Origin: Alphaproteobacteria bacterium
GTDB lineage: Bacteria > Pseudomonadota > Alphaproteobacteria > SP197
Assembly (NCBI GenBank): GCA_964291265.2
Contig: OZ219747.1
Span: 2,880,001 to 2,944,000 of the forward strand
Length of the DNA: 64,000 nt
Reading direction: 5' to 3'
The notes beneath the pieces were generated by a model that ran no database searches, was not told where the DNA came from, and was given only the letters and a program-made list of their open reading frames with translations. Within the stretch, counting starts at the first letter, position 1. Every line of letters starts with the position of its first letter. Shown one piece after another: positions 43,112 to 54,008 of the stretch. The position numbers and the translations under genes were made by a program.

Positions 43112-43846
43112 ATGATGGAGCTGGCGAGAGGATTCCCGCTGAAGCAGTGGGTCTGTGTGCCCTGCGGATACAACATGATCGCAGACATGCCCGCCATCTG
43201 TCCCTTCTGCGGCGCCCGCCACGACCGCTTTGTCTCCTGGGACGTCGGCGAGGAGCGCTATCGCGTGGAGGCGCGGGAGGTCACCGGCGGCGTCAGCCAG
43301 CTTCTTTCCCGTCCGCGCCTCGGTCTGGAACATGCCTGTTACCGCATCGAGACCGAGGACGGGCCGGTATGGATCGACTGTCCGAGCGCATTCAACCGCA
43401 CGCTTGCGCCCGTTGGCGACATCTTCTTCACGCACAAGGACTTCATGGGCGCCTCGAACCAGTACCGCGCACAGTGGAATGCGGCTGTCCACATCCACGA
43501 GGCCGAGACGGACAGTCCACTCGCCGCCGCCTTTCCCGTGGATGACGTCTTCCGTGGCGATTTCACGAGCCACGGCATCGAGGCCTTCCATATCGGTGGC
43601 CACACTCCGGGATTCACGGCCTACCTGTGGCGCGGCGTGCTCTTCGCGTGCGACTACGCCTTTCCGCCGGACGACACCATGCAACTCAATCCCTACAGTG
43701 AGCCTGAGGATATCGCGAACCGGGGTTACCGCCTGCTCGCCATCGCCCGCGAACGGCGTCCCCGCCTGGTGGCAGGGTACAGTTTCGTTGTCCCCGGGGA
43801 GGCATGGACCCGCTGGTTCGAGGCTGCGCTGGAGCGCGCTGCCTGA
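43112..43846 (+). CDS. Rubredoxin-like zinc-ribbon fused to a metallo-beta-lactamase-fold domain
   Basis: WVCVPCGY...ICPFCGA N-terminus; WIDCP, FFTHKDFMGA, HIH, GGHTPG, LFACD. Confidence 0.75.
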   Translation: MMELARGFPLKQWVCVPCGYNMIADMPAICPFCGARHDRFVSWDVGEERYRVEAREVTGGVSQLLSRPRLGLEHACYRIETEDGPVWIDCPSAFNRTLAPVGDIFFTHKDFMGASNQYRAQWNAAVHIHEAETDSPLAAAFPVDDVFRGDFTSHGIEAFHIGGHTPGFTAYLWRGVLFACDYAFPPDDTMQLNPYSEPEDIANRGYRLLAIARERRPRLVAGYSFVVPGEAWTRWFEAALERAA

Positions 43847-44528
43847 CCGGGCGGGATGAGGCGGTGACAGAGACCGGAACCCGTATTCGAACGGTCGGCC
43901 ACACCCTGTGAACGCAGATTGCATGACACGCGTTGCCGCTCTCCCGAGACATTGCCACGCCGGTATGGGTCACGGCCGGCATCAGCATCCCACGCCGTGT
44001 TTCCGGCGTGATTGGACGAACGCCGCGCCGCCCCGGTGTTGGCATGCAGAAACGGTCGCAAGCACAGGACAACAGTGGACTTCCCGGCAGGGGCGACATG
44101 CCTCCCCGGGAGGTCAGGTCAGGATGTCCGGCACCTGTTCAGACATCCTGGGGCGAATGCTAGGCTGTCAGCGTCGACGCAGACTCGTGCGCATTCTTCG
44201 AGAGGATCAAGAGCATGACCGAACAAGCCGACCATGCCGACCGGACGTTGAGGGCCTTCGCCGGACAGAAGGACGTGACTCGGCGCGACTTCCTGGAGCG
44301 TGCGGTCGCTTCGGGCATGACGGTCGCGGCTGCCACGGCCCTGTGGAGCGAATCGGCGTGCGCCGGGCAGGTTCGGGGCGGGCACATCGTCACGGCGGCC
44401 GGCGACGGGCAGTCGGCCGACTCCTTCACCATCGGCCACACCGGCAACTCGCACCAGACCATGCTCACGGAGACCTTTCGCAGCAAGCTGGTCGACGCGC
44501 GGACCGATGGCGGACTCGATCCCATGCT

Positions 44529-46974
44529 CAGACGTCCTGACCTCAGTGAGTTGACTTGATCAGTCCGGCCCTCTTTTTTCCAACACAATGAACGGGTTTC
44601 CCAGTTTTTTGCTTGACACCATAGCCGTGGGATGATCCAATATAACATGACGCCTATATTGAGCAGTCCAGGCCATGAACACGCTCGCAATGCACCCTCC
44701 CGAAGCCGTCCAGATCGGAACCTCGTGCTTCTCCCTTGCCGACCTCGACGGACAGACCGTCTACTTCTCGAACATGGAGCCCTTCGACTGCCACGACGAG
44801 GGCGACCGGCCGGCCATGCTGCTGCGGATCGCGAGGTTCGCCAGGCACGGCGTTCCTCAAGGAGACCTGCAGGCGGCCTTCGACGTGAGCCGCGCGACCG
44901 TGCAGCGGGCTTATGAGGAAGCTCCGGGACAGGGGTGAAGCGAGCTTCTACGAGCCACGCAAGGGCCGTGGTCTCAGCGTGATCACAGGCGAGACGGCGG
45001 CCGCGGCGAACCGTCTCCTGGCCGAGGGCATGAACGCCGCGGCACTGGCCCGGGAACTGGGGATCGCGAGATCGACGGCGTACTACAACCTCAGCAACGG
45101 CTTCATCGGCGGCGGAGAGCGGCCGCAGGCGGCGCAAGTCGACGAGGCCACGCGATGCCCGGACGATCTTCTCGGCCGCGGCGAACGGGACCGTCGCGAC
45201 AGGGTCGCGCCGATGGGGCGCGGCGCGCGCGACAGCGCCGGGCGCGTCGCGGCCTCGACGGGAGCCATGAACGAAGCGCCGCCGCGCTTCGACGAGCCAC
45301 TCTCGGCGGTCGCCGGCGGCGGCGTCCTGGCGGCGCTGCCGGCGCTGCTGAAGGAGGGTCTCCTGGAGCACGCGGACAGGTTCCTGTCGCTGCCGAAAGG
45401 GTACGACGGGCTGACGAGCGTGCTTCTCATGCTCGCCTTCCTGTTCATGGCCCGGATCCGCAACCCCGAGGCGCTGCGCCACGAGGCGCCCGGGGAACGG
45501 GGTGCGGTCCTGGGGCTCGACCGCTGCCCGGAGGTCAAGACGCTGCGGCGCAAGATCAGGGCGCTGGCGAGCGACCCGCAGCGGGTCCGGGACTGGCAGG
45601 ACGCGCTGGCGAAGGACTGGATCGCGGAGGCGCCGGATGTCTGCGCGACACTGTCGGTGGACGGGCACGTGAAGGTATATTCGGGCCGCAAGGGTCGCCT
45701 GCCGAAGCACTTCGTGTCACGTCAGAAGCTCTGTCTGCCGGCCTCGACAGGCTATTGGGTCAACGCGCTCGGCGGCCGGCCGCTCCTGTGCCTGCACAAG
45801 GACCTCGATCCGACCATGACGCACGCGCTGGAGCACGACATCCTGCCCGCGCTGGAGCGGCTCGGCCTGCCGGGGCCGGAGGCGCCGAACCTCGCCAGGG
45901 GAGAGGCGGTCGCGCCGGGGCTGACGCTGGTGTTCGACCGCGAGGGCTGGAGCCCGGCGCTGTTCGCCCGCCTCGCCCGACGCGGGGTGGCGGTGATCAC
46001 CTGGCACAAGGGGTTCCGGAGCGGTCCCTGGCCACAGGGGGAGTTCCGCACGGTCCGGGCGCCGCTCCACTCACCAGGTGGCGTCCGCACCGCCGAGGTG
46101 CGGCTCGCACAGAGACGGATCACGCTGTCCGGCGGACCGCAGGTGCGCCAGATCCGGCGTCTTCTGGACAGCGGCCGGCAGGTGCCGCTTGTCACCACGG
46201 ACAGGCACACGCCCATGGAGCGGGTCGCCGGCGCGCTGTTCTCGCGCTGGTCCCAGGAGAACTTCTTCAAGTCCATGCGCCAGGAGTTCGGCCTCGACGC
46301 GCTGGCCGTGCACGGCCTTGTCGAGCAGGACCCCGAAGCGCGCGTCGTCCATCCGCACTGGCGCCGCTGCGACCGCCGCATCCGCCAGCTGCGCCAGAAG
46401 CTCGGCACACTGCGCAACCGCGTCGCCGACCTGCTCAAGGGCGCCCCGTCCGACACCGCCATCACGGCCGCCGCGACGCTGCAGGACAAGATCGTGACGC
46501 TCGACGCCGAGCACGAGGCGCTCAAGGTCCGGCGTGCAGAAATCCCGAAACATGTCACCGTGGCCGAGCTCGACGAGAACGACAGGCTCGACGCCCTGCC
46601 CTCCAGCGAGAGGCTGCTGCTCGACATCGTTCGCATGATCGCCTACCGCGCCGAAACCCGGATGATGGCCGCCGTCGCCCAGGCCCAGGGCGCAAAGCAG
46701 CGCCCGCGACGCCCCCTCGCCGAACTGTTCCAGTCGGACGCCGACATCATCCCCGATCAGGAAAACCGCGTCCTGCGGGTGCGCTTCCTCGGCACCGCCA
46801 GCAACGCGCGCGACGCCGAAATCGCCGGACTGCTCGACGAACTCAACCAGACGCGCACGACCTTCCCAGGAACCGACCTGCGCATGATCTACGAAATGCC
46901 AGACAACCCAGCCAAACTCGGCCCAGAAGCATCAAACTGATTGGACAAATTCATAGCCGAGGTCAGGACGTCTG
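44529..46974 (+). mobile_element. Insertion sequence, family not assigned (ISNCY-like), 2446 bp
   Basis: TIR CAGACGTCCTGACCTCAG / CAGACGTCCTGACCTCGG (17/18); 5-bp direct repeat ATGCT at 44524-44528 and 46975-46979. Confidence 0.93.
44675..46940 (+). CDS. Large putative DDE transposase in two frames (44675-44938 and 44913-46940)
   Basis: HTH-like segments, LSVDGHVKVY, LVFDREGWSP, RWSQENFFK (D-D-E); fills the space between the TIRs. Confidence 0.8.
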
Positions 46975-48383
46975 ATGCTGGCGACGGAATGGAGTGCTTC
47001 GGACGCGGGCGCGACCTGGACCTTCAGGTTGCGCCGGGGCGTTGAGTTCCACAACGGCAAGACGCTTGATGCCCGGGACGTGATCGACTCGATGAACGTT
47101 CATCGTGGTCCCGATTCACGGTCGGGCGGCGCGTCGATGATGGCGATCGTGGCGGACATCCGATCGGACGGTGACGACGTGATCTTCGAATTGAGCGAGC
47201 CCGCAGCCGACTTTCCCTACTACCTGGCGCAGTACCTGTTCCAGGTGGGGCCGTCGGTCGACGGCGAGGTCGACATGTCGGGCATGGGCACCGGCGCCTA
47301 CGTCATGCAGGACTATGAGCCCGGTGTGATGGGCGCCGGAGAGCGGTTCGCGAACTACTTTCTGGAAGACCAGGACTTCTTTGATTCCTTCGAGCATCTC
47401 TCGGTGAAGGATCACGCGGCGCTCTCTTCGGCGCTGGCCAGCGATTCCGTCCAGGCGGTGTGGCCGGTCGAGCCGAAGACAGCGGACCTGCTGGCGCACA
47501 ACGAGGGTGTGGATGTTCTGAGCGTCGCCGGCGGCTCGACCATCACGATGCCGACACGACGCCGTTCGACAGTCTCGATTTCCGGCTCGCCATGAAGTAT
47601 CTGGTCGATCGCGAGCAGATGCGCGACGTGATCTTCAACGGTCATGCTTCGCTGGCGAACGATCATCCGGTTGCGCCCTTCGACCAGTTCTTCAGTCCCG
47701 TCATTCCGCAGCGCGAGTTCGATCCGGACAGGGCGAGGCACCATCTGAAGAAGGCCGGCTACGGCGGCGAGACGATCCGGATCCACGCCTCCGCCGCGGC
47801 GTTCAGCGGTGCGGTCGATGCCGGCGTCCTCTACGCGGAGAACGCCAGGCAGGCCGGGTTCAACCTCGAGGTCGTGCGCGAACCCGTCGACGGGTACTGG
47901 GCCGATGTCTGGGGCACGGCGCCGTTCTGTTACTGCTACTGGAATGCGCGGCCGACCCCGGACCTGATGCTGACACTCGTCTACATCTGCGATGCGGCAT
48001 GGGCCGATGCCTACTGGTGCGACCGCGAGTTCACCGATCTGGTGGTGGCTGCGAGGACTGAACTCGATACCGCAAGGCGCAAGCTTCTCTATGCCGACGT
48101 GCAACTGATCCTGCATGAGCGCGGCGCGACGATCGTACCCCTGTTCCAGAACCTGGTGCATGGCGTCCGCGACCGGCTCGACACCGGTGGAGGGGTTCTT
48201 GGCGCGGCGCCCTTCGACGCCTTCCGCATGTTCCGCAATGGGCGTTCAGGGAAGGCATGGCCTGATCGCGGGCGAGACGGCTCCAGTCCCGGGCTGCCCG
48301 GGGCGCCCCATGGAGGCGCCAGACCTCTCGTTCGAGGGCCGGCGCGATGGTCCGGGAGGAGGCGGGGTGGTGTAAGCCATTCG

Positions 48384-49127
48384 TCAATGGGTGCGGATCT
48401 CGTGGAGGGCGATGGCGGCGGCACTGGCCACGTTGAGACTGAGGTCGCGGCCCGGGGTGGCGATGCTCACCAGCCGATCGCAGGTCCGGGCAACGAGACG
48501 GCGCAGGCCGCTCCCCTCTGCGCCGAGGACCAGTGCGGCGGGAAGCGGCATCGGCGCCTCGCTCAGGGTCAGGGGCGCTCGGGCGTCGAGACCGGTAATC
48601 CAGAATCCGCGTTGCTTGAGACCATCGAGGGCGCGGGCGATGTTGGGGACACGCACCAGAAGCACCCATTCGAGGGCCCCGGAGGCGGCGCTGGCGAAGG
48701 CCGCCGAAGGGGGAGGAGCATGACGATCCTGCATGATGACCGCCGCCGCGCCGAAGGCTGCGGCCGATCGCATGATGGCGCCGGCGTTGCGGGGATCGCT
48801 GATGCGGTCGAGGACCACGACGAGGTCGGCCGTTCCGGGAATGTGGTGGAGGGCGAGGTTCGGCAGCGGATGAACGAGGAGAGCCGCTCCCTGGTGGCGG
48901 GTGTCTCCCTCGAGGAGCGCGGCGATCGACGATGACGTCATCGCTTCGCAGGCCATCGTGTCGCGGCGTTGCGACAGCAAGGGCGCAAGCCGCTCCAGCA
49001 TCTCGGGCGTGGCTGCGAGGCGCACCACGCGCCGTTGCGGATTGGCCAGTGCCGCCGCCACCGGGTGGTGTCCGTGAATCCACAGCGGCCTCGCGAACTT
49101 TTGTTGTGCCAGGTGCTTGCGGACCAT
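48384..49127 (-). CDS. rlmB: TrmH/SpoU family 23S rRNA 2'-O-methyltransferase
   Basis: GHHPV.AAL.NP.R, HQG, LDRISDPRNAGAI.RSA, ASGA, LGAEGSG, SLNVASAA; divergent from tRNA-Tyr. Confidence 0.85.
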   Translation of the reverse strand: MVRKHLAQQKFARPLWIHGHHPVAAALANPQRRVVRLAATPEMLERLAPLLSQRRDTMACEAMTSSSIAALLEGDTRHQGAALLVHPLPNLALHHIPGTADLVVVLDRISDPRNAGAIMRSAAAFGAAAVIMQDRHAPPPSAAFASAASGALEWVLLVRVPNIARALDGLKQRGFWITGLDARAPLTLSEAPMPLPAALVLGAEGSGLRRLVARTCDRLVSIATPGRDLSLNVASAAAIALHEIRTH

Positions 49128-49267
49128 GGCGTGGTGCTATATACGAGCACTCCATCAATTGGAAATCCGGCGGCGTCGTCAACAGTGCAGGAGGCACTGC
49201 CCTTGTTGCGCGGTTGCTGTCGGGTTGATCGTGTCGCGAAACCAACCATCAGCAGTACATGTTGCCC

Positions 49268-49352
49268 GGAGGGATGCCTGAGCGGTTAAAAGGGACGGGC
49301 TGTAAACCCGTTGGCTATGCCTACGGTGGTTCGAATCCACCTCCCTCCACCA
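49268..49352 (+). tRNA. tRNA-Tyr(GUA)
   Basis: GGAGGGA acceptor, ACGGG-CTGTAAA-CCCGT anticodon arm, long variable arm, GTTCGAATC, CCA. Confidence 0.95.
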
Positions 49353-49389
49353 TCCACGGTTCGGAGGGCCGGTTGCGGACCTCGACAGG

Positions 49390-49463
49390 GCGGGTGTAGC
49401 TCAGTGGCAGAGCCCCAGCCTTCCAAGCTGGTTACGCGGGTTCGATTCCCGCCACCCGCTCCA
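49390..49463 (+). tRNA. tRNA-Gly(UCC)
   Basis: GCGGGTG acceptor, CCAGC-CTTCCAA-GCTGG, GTTCGATTC, CCA. Confidence 0.96.
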
Positions 49464-49549
49464 CGCTCCCCGACCAGGGGTCATGTTGTGACAACCAGGA
49501 ACACCTCCCTCCTCGAGGGAGGGTCATTGACCAGGAGAGGTCGAGAAGG

Positions 49550-50740
49550 ATGGCCAAGGAGAAGTTTGAGCGTACGAAGCCGCATGCGAACATTGGGACG
49601 ATTGGGCATGTGGATCACGGCAAGACGACGCTGACGGCGGCGATCACGCGGATTCTGGCGCGCACGGGCGGTGCGACGTACACGGACTACGCGTCGATTG
49701 ACAAGGCGCCGGAGGAGCGTGAGCGTGGCATCACGATCAACACGGCGCATGTGGAGTACGAGACGGAGGGCCGCCACTATGCGCATGTCGACTGTCCTGG
49801 TCATGCGGACTACGTGAAGAACATGATCACGGGTGCGGCGCAGATGGACGGGGCGATTCTGGTGGTATCGGCGGCGGACGGTCCGATGCCCCAGACGCGC
49901 GAGCACATTCTTCTGGCGCGTCAGGTGGGTGTTCCTGCGATTGTGGTGTACCTCAACAAGGTGGATCAGGTTGACGACGAGGAGCTTCTGGAGCTTGTGG
50001 AGCTTGAGGTTCGGGAGTTGCTGGACGAGTACCGGTTTCCTGGCGATGACATTCCTGTTGTGCGGGGTTCGGCCCTGGCGGCGATGGAGGATGGCGACGC
50101 GCAGACGGGTGAGCAGTCGGTTCTTGAGTTGATGGCGGCGGTAGATTCCTACATTCCGACGCCGGAGCGTGCTGTGGACCGTCCTTTTCTGATGCCGATT
50201 GAGGATGTGTTTTCGATTTCGGGGCGCGGCACGGTTGTGACGGGTCGTGTTGAGCAGGGTGTGGTGAAGGTTGGCGACGAGGTTGAGATCGTGGGTATTC
50301 GGGAGACGTCGAAGACGGTGTGCACGGGAGTGGAGATGTTCCGCAAGTTGCTGGATTCCGGCGAGGCGGGGGACAACATCGGGGTCCTTCTGCGTGGTAC
50401 GAAGCGCGATGATGTGGAGCGCGGCCAGGTTCTGGCGCGTCCTGGGACGATCACGCCGCACACGCGCTTCAAGGCGGAGACCTACGTGTTGACGAAGGAT
50501 GAGGGAGGTCGTCACACGCCGTTTTTCACCAACTACCGTCCGCAGTTCTTTTTCCGGACGACGGACGTGACGGGTCACGTGCAGCTGCCCGAGGGGATCG
50601 AGATGGTGATGCCGGGGGACAACGTGACGATGGATGTGGAACTGATTTCGCCGATTGCCATGGACGAAGGCCTGCGTTTTGCCATCCGCGAGGGTGGCCG
50701 CACCGTCGGCGCCGGCGTCGTCGCCGAAATCGTCGACTAG
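49550..50740 (+). CDS. tuf: Elongation factor Tu
   Basis: [43 protein letters not shown]. Confidence 0.99.
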   Translation: MAKEKFERTKPHANIGTIGHVDHGKTTLTAAITRILARTGGATYTDYASIDKAPEERERGITINTAHVEYETEGRHYAHVDCPGHADYVKNMITGAAQMDGAILVVSAADGPMPQTREHILLARQVGVPAIVVYLNKVDQVDDEELLELVELEVRELLDEYRFPGDDIPVVRGSALAAMEDGDAQTGEQSVLELMAAVDSYIPTPERAVDRPFLMPIEDVFSISGRGTVVTGRVEQGVVKVGDEVEIVGIRETSKTVCTGVEMFRKLLDSGEAGDNIGVLLRGTKRDDVERGQVLARPGTITPHTRFKAETYVLTKDEGGRHTPFFTNYRPQFFFRTTDVTGHVQLPEGIEMVMPGDNVTMDVELISPIAMDEGLRFAIREGGRTVGAGVVAEIVD

Positions 50741-50756
50741 AGCAAGAGGCGTTTCA

Positions 50757-50832
50757 AGGAGTGTAGCTCAACTGGTAGAGCACCGGTCTCCAAAACCGGG
50801 GGTTGCGGGTTCGAGTCCTGCCACTCCTGCCA
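50757..50832 (+). tRNA. tRNA-Trp(CCA)
   Basis: AGGAGTG acceptor, CCGGT-CTCCAAA-ACCGG, GTTCGAGTC, CCA; between tuf and secE. Confidence 0.96.
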
Positions 50833-50878
50833 CCGGCGGGCTCGTTGATTGAAGAGCAGGGAAACAGCGGATCAACTC

Positions 50879-51088
50879 ATGGCGAAAGTGTCACCGGCCG
50901 AATTTGTCAGACAGGTCCGGGCCGAGGCCATCAGGAAGGTGACCTGGCCGACAACCAGGGAAGCGGGGATCACCACGCTCACCGTGTTCGCGATGATCGT
51001 GCTCGTGGCCGTCTTCTTCTTCGTGATCGATCTCGTCTTCGCCGAGGCGATCCAGCTCGTTCTCGGGCTGGGGAGGCAGGGGCTGTGA
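50879..51088 (+). CDS. secE: Preprotein translocase SecE
   Basis: F.RQVRAE..KVTWP..RE plus one TM helix. Confidence 0.93.
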   Translation: MAKVSPAEFVRQVRAEAIRKVTWPTTREAGITTLTVFAMIVLVAVFFFVIDLVFAEAIQLVLGLGRQGL

Positions 51089-51615
51089 CGCATCGCTGGT
51101 ACATCGTCCATTGCTATTCGGGTTTCGAGAAGAAGGTGGAGACCGCGATCAGGGAGCGTGCCGAGGCGAGCGGCATGGCAGAGCAGATCTGTCAGGTCCT
51201 GGTTCCTTCGGAGAAGGTCACGGAGATGCGCGGCGGCAGGCAGCTCTCGACCGACCGCAAGTTCTTCCCCGGGTACGTTCTGGTGCACATGGAGATGACG
51301 GATGCTACTTGGCATCTGGTCAAGGACACGCCGAAGGTCAGCGGTTTCCTGGGGGCCGGCAACCGCCCCAGGCCGATTCCCGATTCCGAGGCGGCGCGCA
51401 TCATCAACCAGGTGCAGGAGGGAATCGAACGGCCGAGGCCGTCCATCACCTTCGAGATCGGCGAGAGTGTGCGCGTGGCTGACGGACCGTTCACGTCCTT
51501 CAACGGCACGGTCCAGGAAATCGACGAGAACCGGGCACGCCTGAAGGTCGCGGTGCTGATCTTCGGCCGCCCCACTCCCGTCGAGCTTGAATACACTCAG
51601 GTCGAGAAGACCTGA
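51085..51615 (+). CDS. nusG: Transcription factor NusG
   Basis: [43 protein letters not shown]. Confidence 0.97.
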   Translation: MTHRWYIVHCYSGFEKKVETAIRERAEASGMAEQICQVLVPSEKVTEMRGGRQLSTDRKFFPGYVLVHMEMTDATWHLVKDTPKVSGFLGAGNRPRPIPDSEAARIINQVQEGIERPRPSITFEIGESVRVADGPFTSFNGTVQEIDENRARLKVAVLIFGRPTPVELEYTQVEKT

Positions 51616-51647
51616 GACGTCCACCAGGGGATGGAAAGCGCAAGACA

Positions 51648-52076
51648 ATGGCCAAGAAGATCGCAGGCACGATCAAGCTCACGGTTCCGGCAGGAGCGGC
51701 GAATCCATCGCCTCCCATCGGTCCGGCGCTCGGTCAGCGCGGCCTCAACATCATGGAGTTCTGCAAGGCCTTCAATGCGGCCACGCAGAATGTCGAACAG
51801 GGAACTCCGGTGCCGACGGTGATCACGGCCTATGCGGACCGTTCGTTCACCTTTGTCACGAGGACACCGCCGGCGGCGTGGTACATCAGGAAGGCGGCCG
51901 GTCTCGAAAGGGGCGAGGCCCTGCCTGGCCGCTCCGTTGCCGGGTCGGTCACCATGGAACAGGTGCGTGAGATTGCCGAGGCGAAGATGACGGATCTCAA
52001 TGCCAACGGTATCGAGGCGGCATCGAGGATCATCGCCGGAACGGCACGATCCATGGGTGTCGAGGTGGTGGAGTAG
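51648..52076 (+). CDS. rplK: 50S ribosomal protein L11
   Basis: [33 protein letters not shown]. Confidence 0.98.
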   Translation: MAKKIAGTIKLTVPAGAANPSPPIGPALGQRGLNIMEFCKAFNAATQNVEQGTPVPTVITAYADRSFTFVTRTPPAAWYIRKAAGLERGEALPGRSVAGSVTMEQVREIAEAKMTDLNANGIEAASRIIAGTARSMGVEVVE

Positions 52077-52080
52077 GGTG

Positions 52081-52779
52081 ATGGCACGACACGGCAAGAA
52101 TCTCGTCGCAGCCTACGGGACCGTCGACCGCGAGCGGGACTATGCTCTCGAGGAGGCGATCCAGGCGCTCAAGGACACGGCCTCCGCCAGGTTTGACGAG
52201 ACCGTCGAGCTGGCGCTCAATCTCAACGTCGATCCACGCCATGCCGACCAGATGGTGCGGGGTGTGGTCAGTCTGCCGCACGGTACCGGGCGCGTGGTCA
52301 GGGTCGTCGTCTTCGCCCGCGACGCCAAGGCCGACGAGGCCCGTGAGGCCGGAGCCGACAGGGTCGGTGCGGAAGATCTCGCCCAGAGCATCCAGGAAGG
52401 CGATCTGGGGTTCGACCGTTGCATCGCCACACCCGACATGATGCCCGTCGTCGGTCGGCTCGGAAAGATCCTCGGGCCACGCGGACTCATGCCGAACCCG
52501 AAACTCGGCACCGTCACCGTGGATCTTGCCGGTGCAGTGGCCGCCGCGAAGGCGGGCCAGGTGGAGTACCGCGTGGAACGGGCGGGCATCATTCACGCCG
52601 GTGTCGGCAAGGTGTCGTTTCCGGTCGAGAAGATTGCCGAGAATACCCGGGCGCTGGTGGATGCCGTGGCGAAGGCGCGGCCCCAGGCTGTCAAGGGAAC
52701 CTACATGAAGCGCGCGACACTCAGCACCACCATGGGGCCGGGTGTCCACGTTGCGACGCAAAGCCTCGTGGCCGCCTGA
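52081..52779 (+). CDS. rplA: 50S ribosomal protein L1
   Basis: [36 protein letters not shown]. Confidence 0.98.
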   Translation: MARHGKNLVAAYGTVDRERDYALEEAIQALKDTASARFDETVELALNLNVDPRHADQMVRGVVSLPHGTGRVVRVVVFARDAKADEAREAGADRVGAEDLAQSIQEGDLGFDRCIATPDMMPVVGRLGKILGPRGLMPNPKLGTVTVDLAGAVAAAKAGQVEYRVERAGIIHAGVGKVSFPVEKIAENTRALVDAVAKARPQAVKGTYMKRATLSTTMGPGVHVATQSLVAA

Positions 52780-52840
52780 CGGCCCCGGGACCAAGCGGCG
52801 GCTCCGGCCGTCCGGCGGCATGCTCCGGCGTGTCGCAACC

Positions 52841-52905
52841 CTGTCCGAGACTGCCGGTGCCCGATGGCGGGTTCAATGGCGATGCCGCCGGCACGAGACG
52901 GGAGA
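52841..52905 (+). promoter_or_regulatory. Ribosomal protein L10 leader (autoregulatory RNA)
   Basis: CTGTCCGAGACTGCCGG...CCGGCACGAGACGGG stem with kink-turn-like AGAC/AGAC elements upstream of rplJ. Confidence 0.65.
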
Positions 52906-53052
52906 CCGGCCGGTTCCGGCATTCCGGAACCGGGAAGGGATTCCGGGGCAGGATACCAGCGTCCCCTCCTCCGTGAACCGGAGAAGCGGACAACTAGTGA
53001 ACCGGATCGACGGGTTCTGACCCGGCATTCCGATCTGATGGAGGAGTCCTCA

Positions 53053-53562
53053 TTGGAACGTTCAAGGAAGGAAGAGATCGTCAGTGAGCTCGAAGGTGCG
53101 CTCGGTGGTGCCGGGATCGTCGTCGTCGTGCGTCACGAGGGTCTCACCGTTGCCGAGGCGACCGAGCTTCGGCGTTCGGTGCGCGGCGCCGGCGCCAGCT
53201 TCCGGGTGGTCAAGAACCGGCTGGTTCTGCGCGCCCTCGAGCAGGCCGGGATGGAGGCGATTGCCGAGATGTTCCATGGGCCCTCCGCCATTGCCACGGC
53301 AACGGATCCCGTGGCCGGCGCCAGGGTCACCGTCGACTATGCGAAGAAGAACAGCAAGCTGGTCATTGTCGGTGGCGCCATGGACGGCCGTGCGCTTGAC
53401 GCGGACGGGGTCCGGACGATTGCCCAGCTGCCGTCACTCGATGAACTGCGTGCCCGATTGATCATGCTGATCAGCACGCCGGCAACGCGGGTCGCGGGAG
53501 TCCTGCAGGAACCGGGGAGCCGTCTCGCCCGGTTGCTCGGCTCGCGGCAAACGGCGCCATGA
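53053..53562 (+). CDS. rplJ: 50S ribosomal protein L10
   Basis: TTG start after GGAGGAG; GLTVAE..LR, VVKNRL, GP.AIA, LPSLDELR. Confidence 0.93.
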   Translation: MERSRKEEIVSELEGALGGAGIVVVVRHEGLTVAEATELRRSVRGAGASFRVVKNRLVLRALEQAGMEAIAEMFHGPSAIATATDPVAGARVTVDYAKKNSKLVIVGGAMDGRALDADGVRTIAQLPSLDELRARLIMLISTPATRVAGVLQEPGSRLARLLGSRQTAP

Positions 53563-53610
53563 TCCGGTTCGGCCACAAGCGAAGCATCCCAACAGGAGTG
53601 ATGGAAAACC

Positions 53611-53991
53611 ATGAGCAAGATTGAACAACTCGTCGAGGACCTGTCGTCGCTGACCGTCATCGAGGCGGCGGAACTCTCGAAAATGCTTGAAGAAAGGTGG
53701 GGCGTGAGCGCCGCCCAGCCGGTAGCTGTCGCGGCGGTTCCCGGAGGTGCGGGAGACGAGACGGCAGAAGTCGAGGAGAAGACGGAATTCGACGTCGTCC
53801 TCACCGGTTTCGGCACCAGCAAGATTCCCGTCATCAAGGAGGTCCGGGCGATTACGGATCTCGGCCTCAAGGAAGCCAAGGCGCTCGTCGAGGATGCACC
53901 GAAGGCGGTGAAGGAGGGCGTCTCCAAGGACGAGGCCGAAGCATTGCAGAAGCGTCTCGAGGACGCCGGCGCGACCGTCGAGGTCAGGTAG
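53611..53991 (+). CDS. rplL: 50S ribosomal protein L7/L12
   Basis: [35 protein letters not shown]. Confidence 0.98.
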   Translation: MSKIEQLVEDLSSLTVIEAAELSKMLEERWGVSAAQPVAVAAVPGGAGDETAEVEEKTEFDVVLTGFGTSKIPVIKEVRAITDLGLKEAKALVEDAPKAVKEGVSKDEAEALQKRLEDAGATVEVR

Positions 53992-54008
53992 GCCAGCACG
54001 TATTCCCG

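Larger units (their letters stand above)
44215..48265 (+). pseudogene. Tat-exported family-5 (peptide/nickel) ABC solute-binding protein, IS-interrupted and frameshifted
   Basis: TRRDFL Tat motif; removing the IS restores LDPMLATEWS..TWTF.LR.GV.FHNG; frameshift ~47553 before PFD..FRLAMKYLVDRE; probable further shift near 48240. Confidence 0.85.

Noticed and set aside
42641-48383. Integrative element at tRNA-Thr
   Set aside because: Accessory DNA lies on the tRNA's 5' side; no integrase and no duplicated tRNA 3' end found
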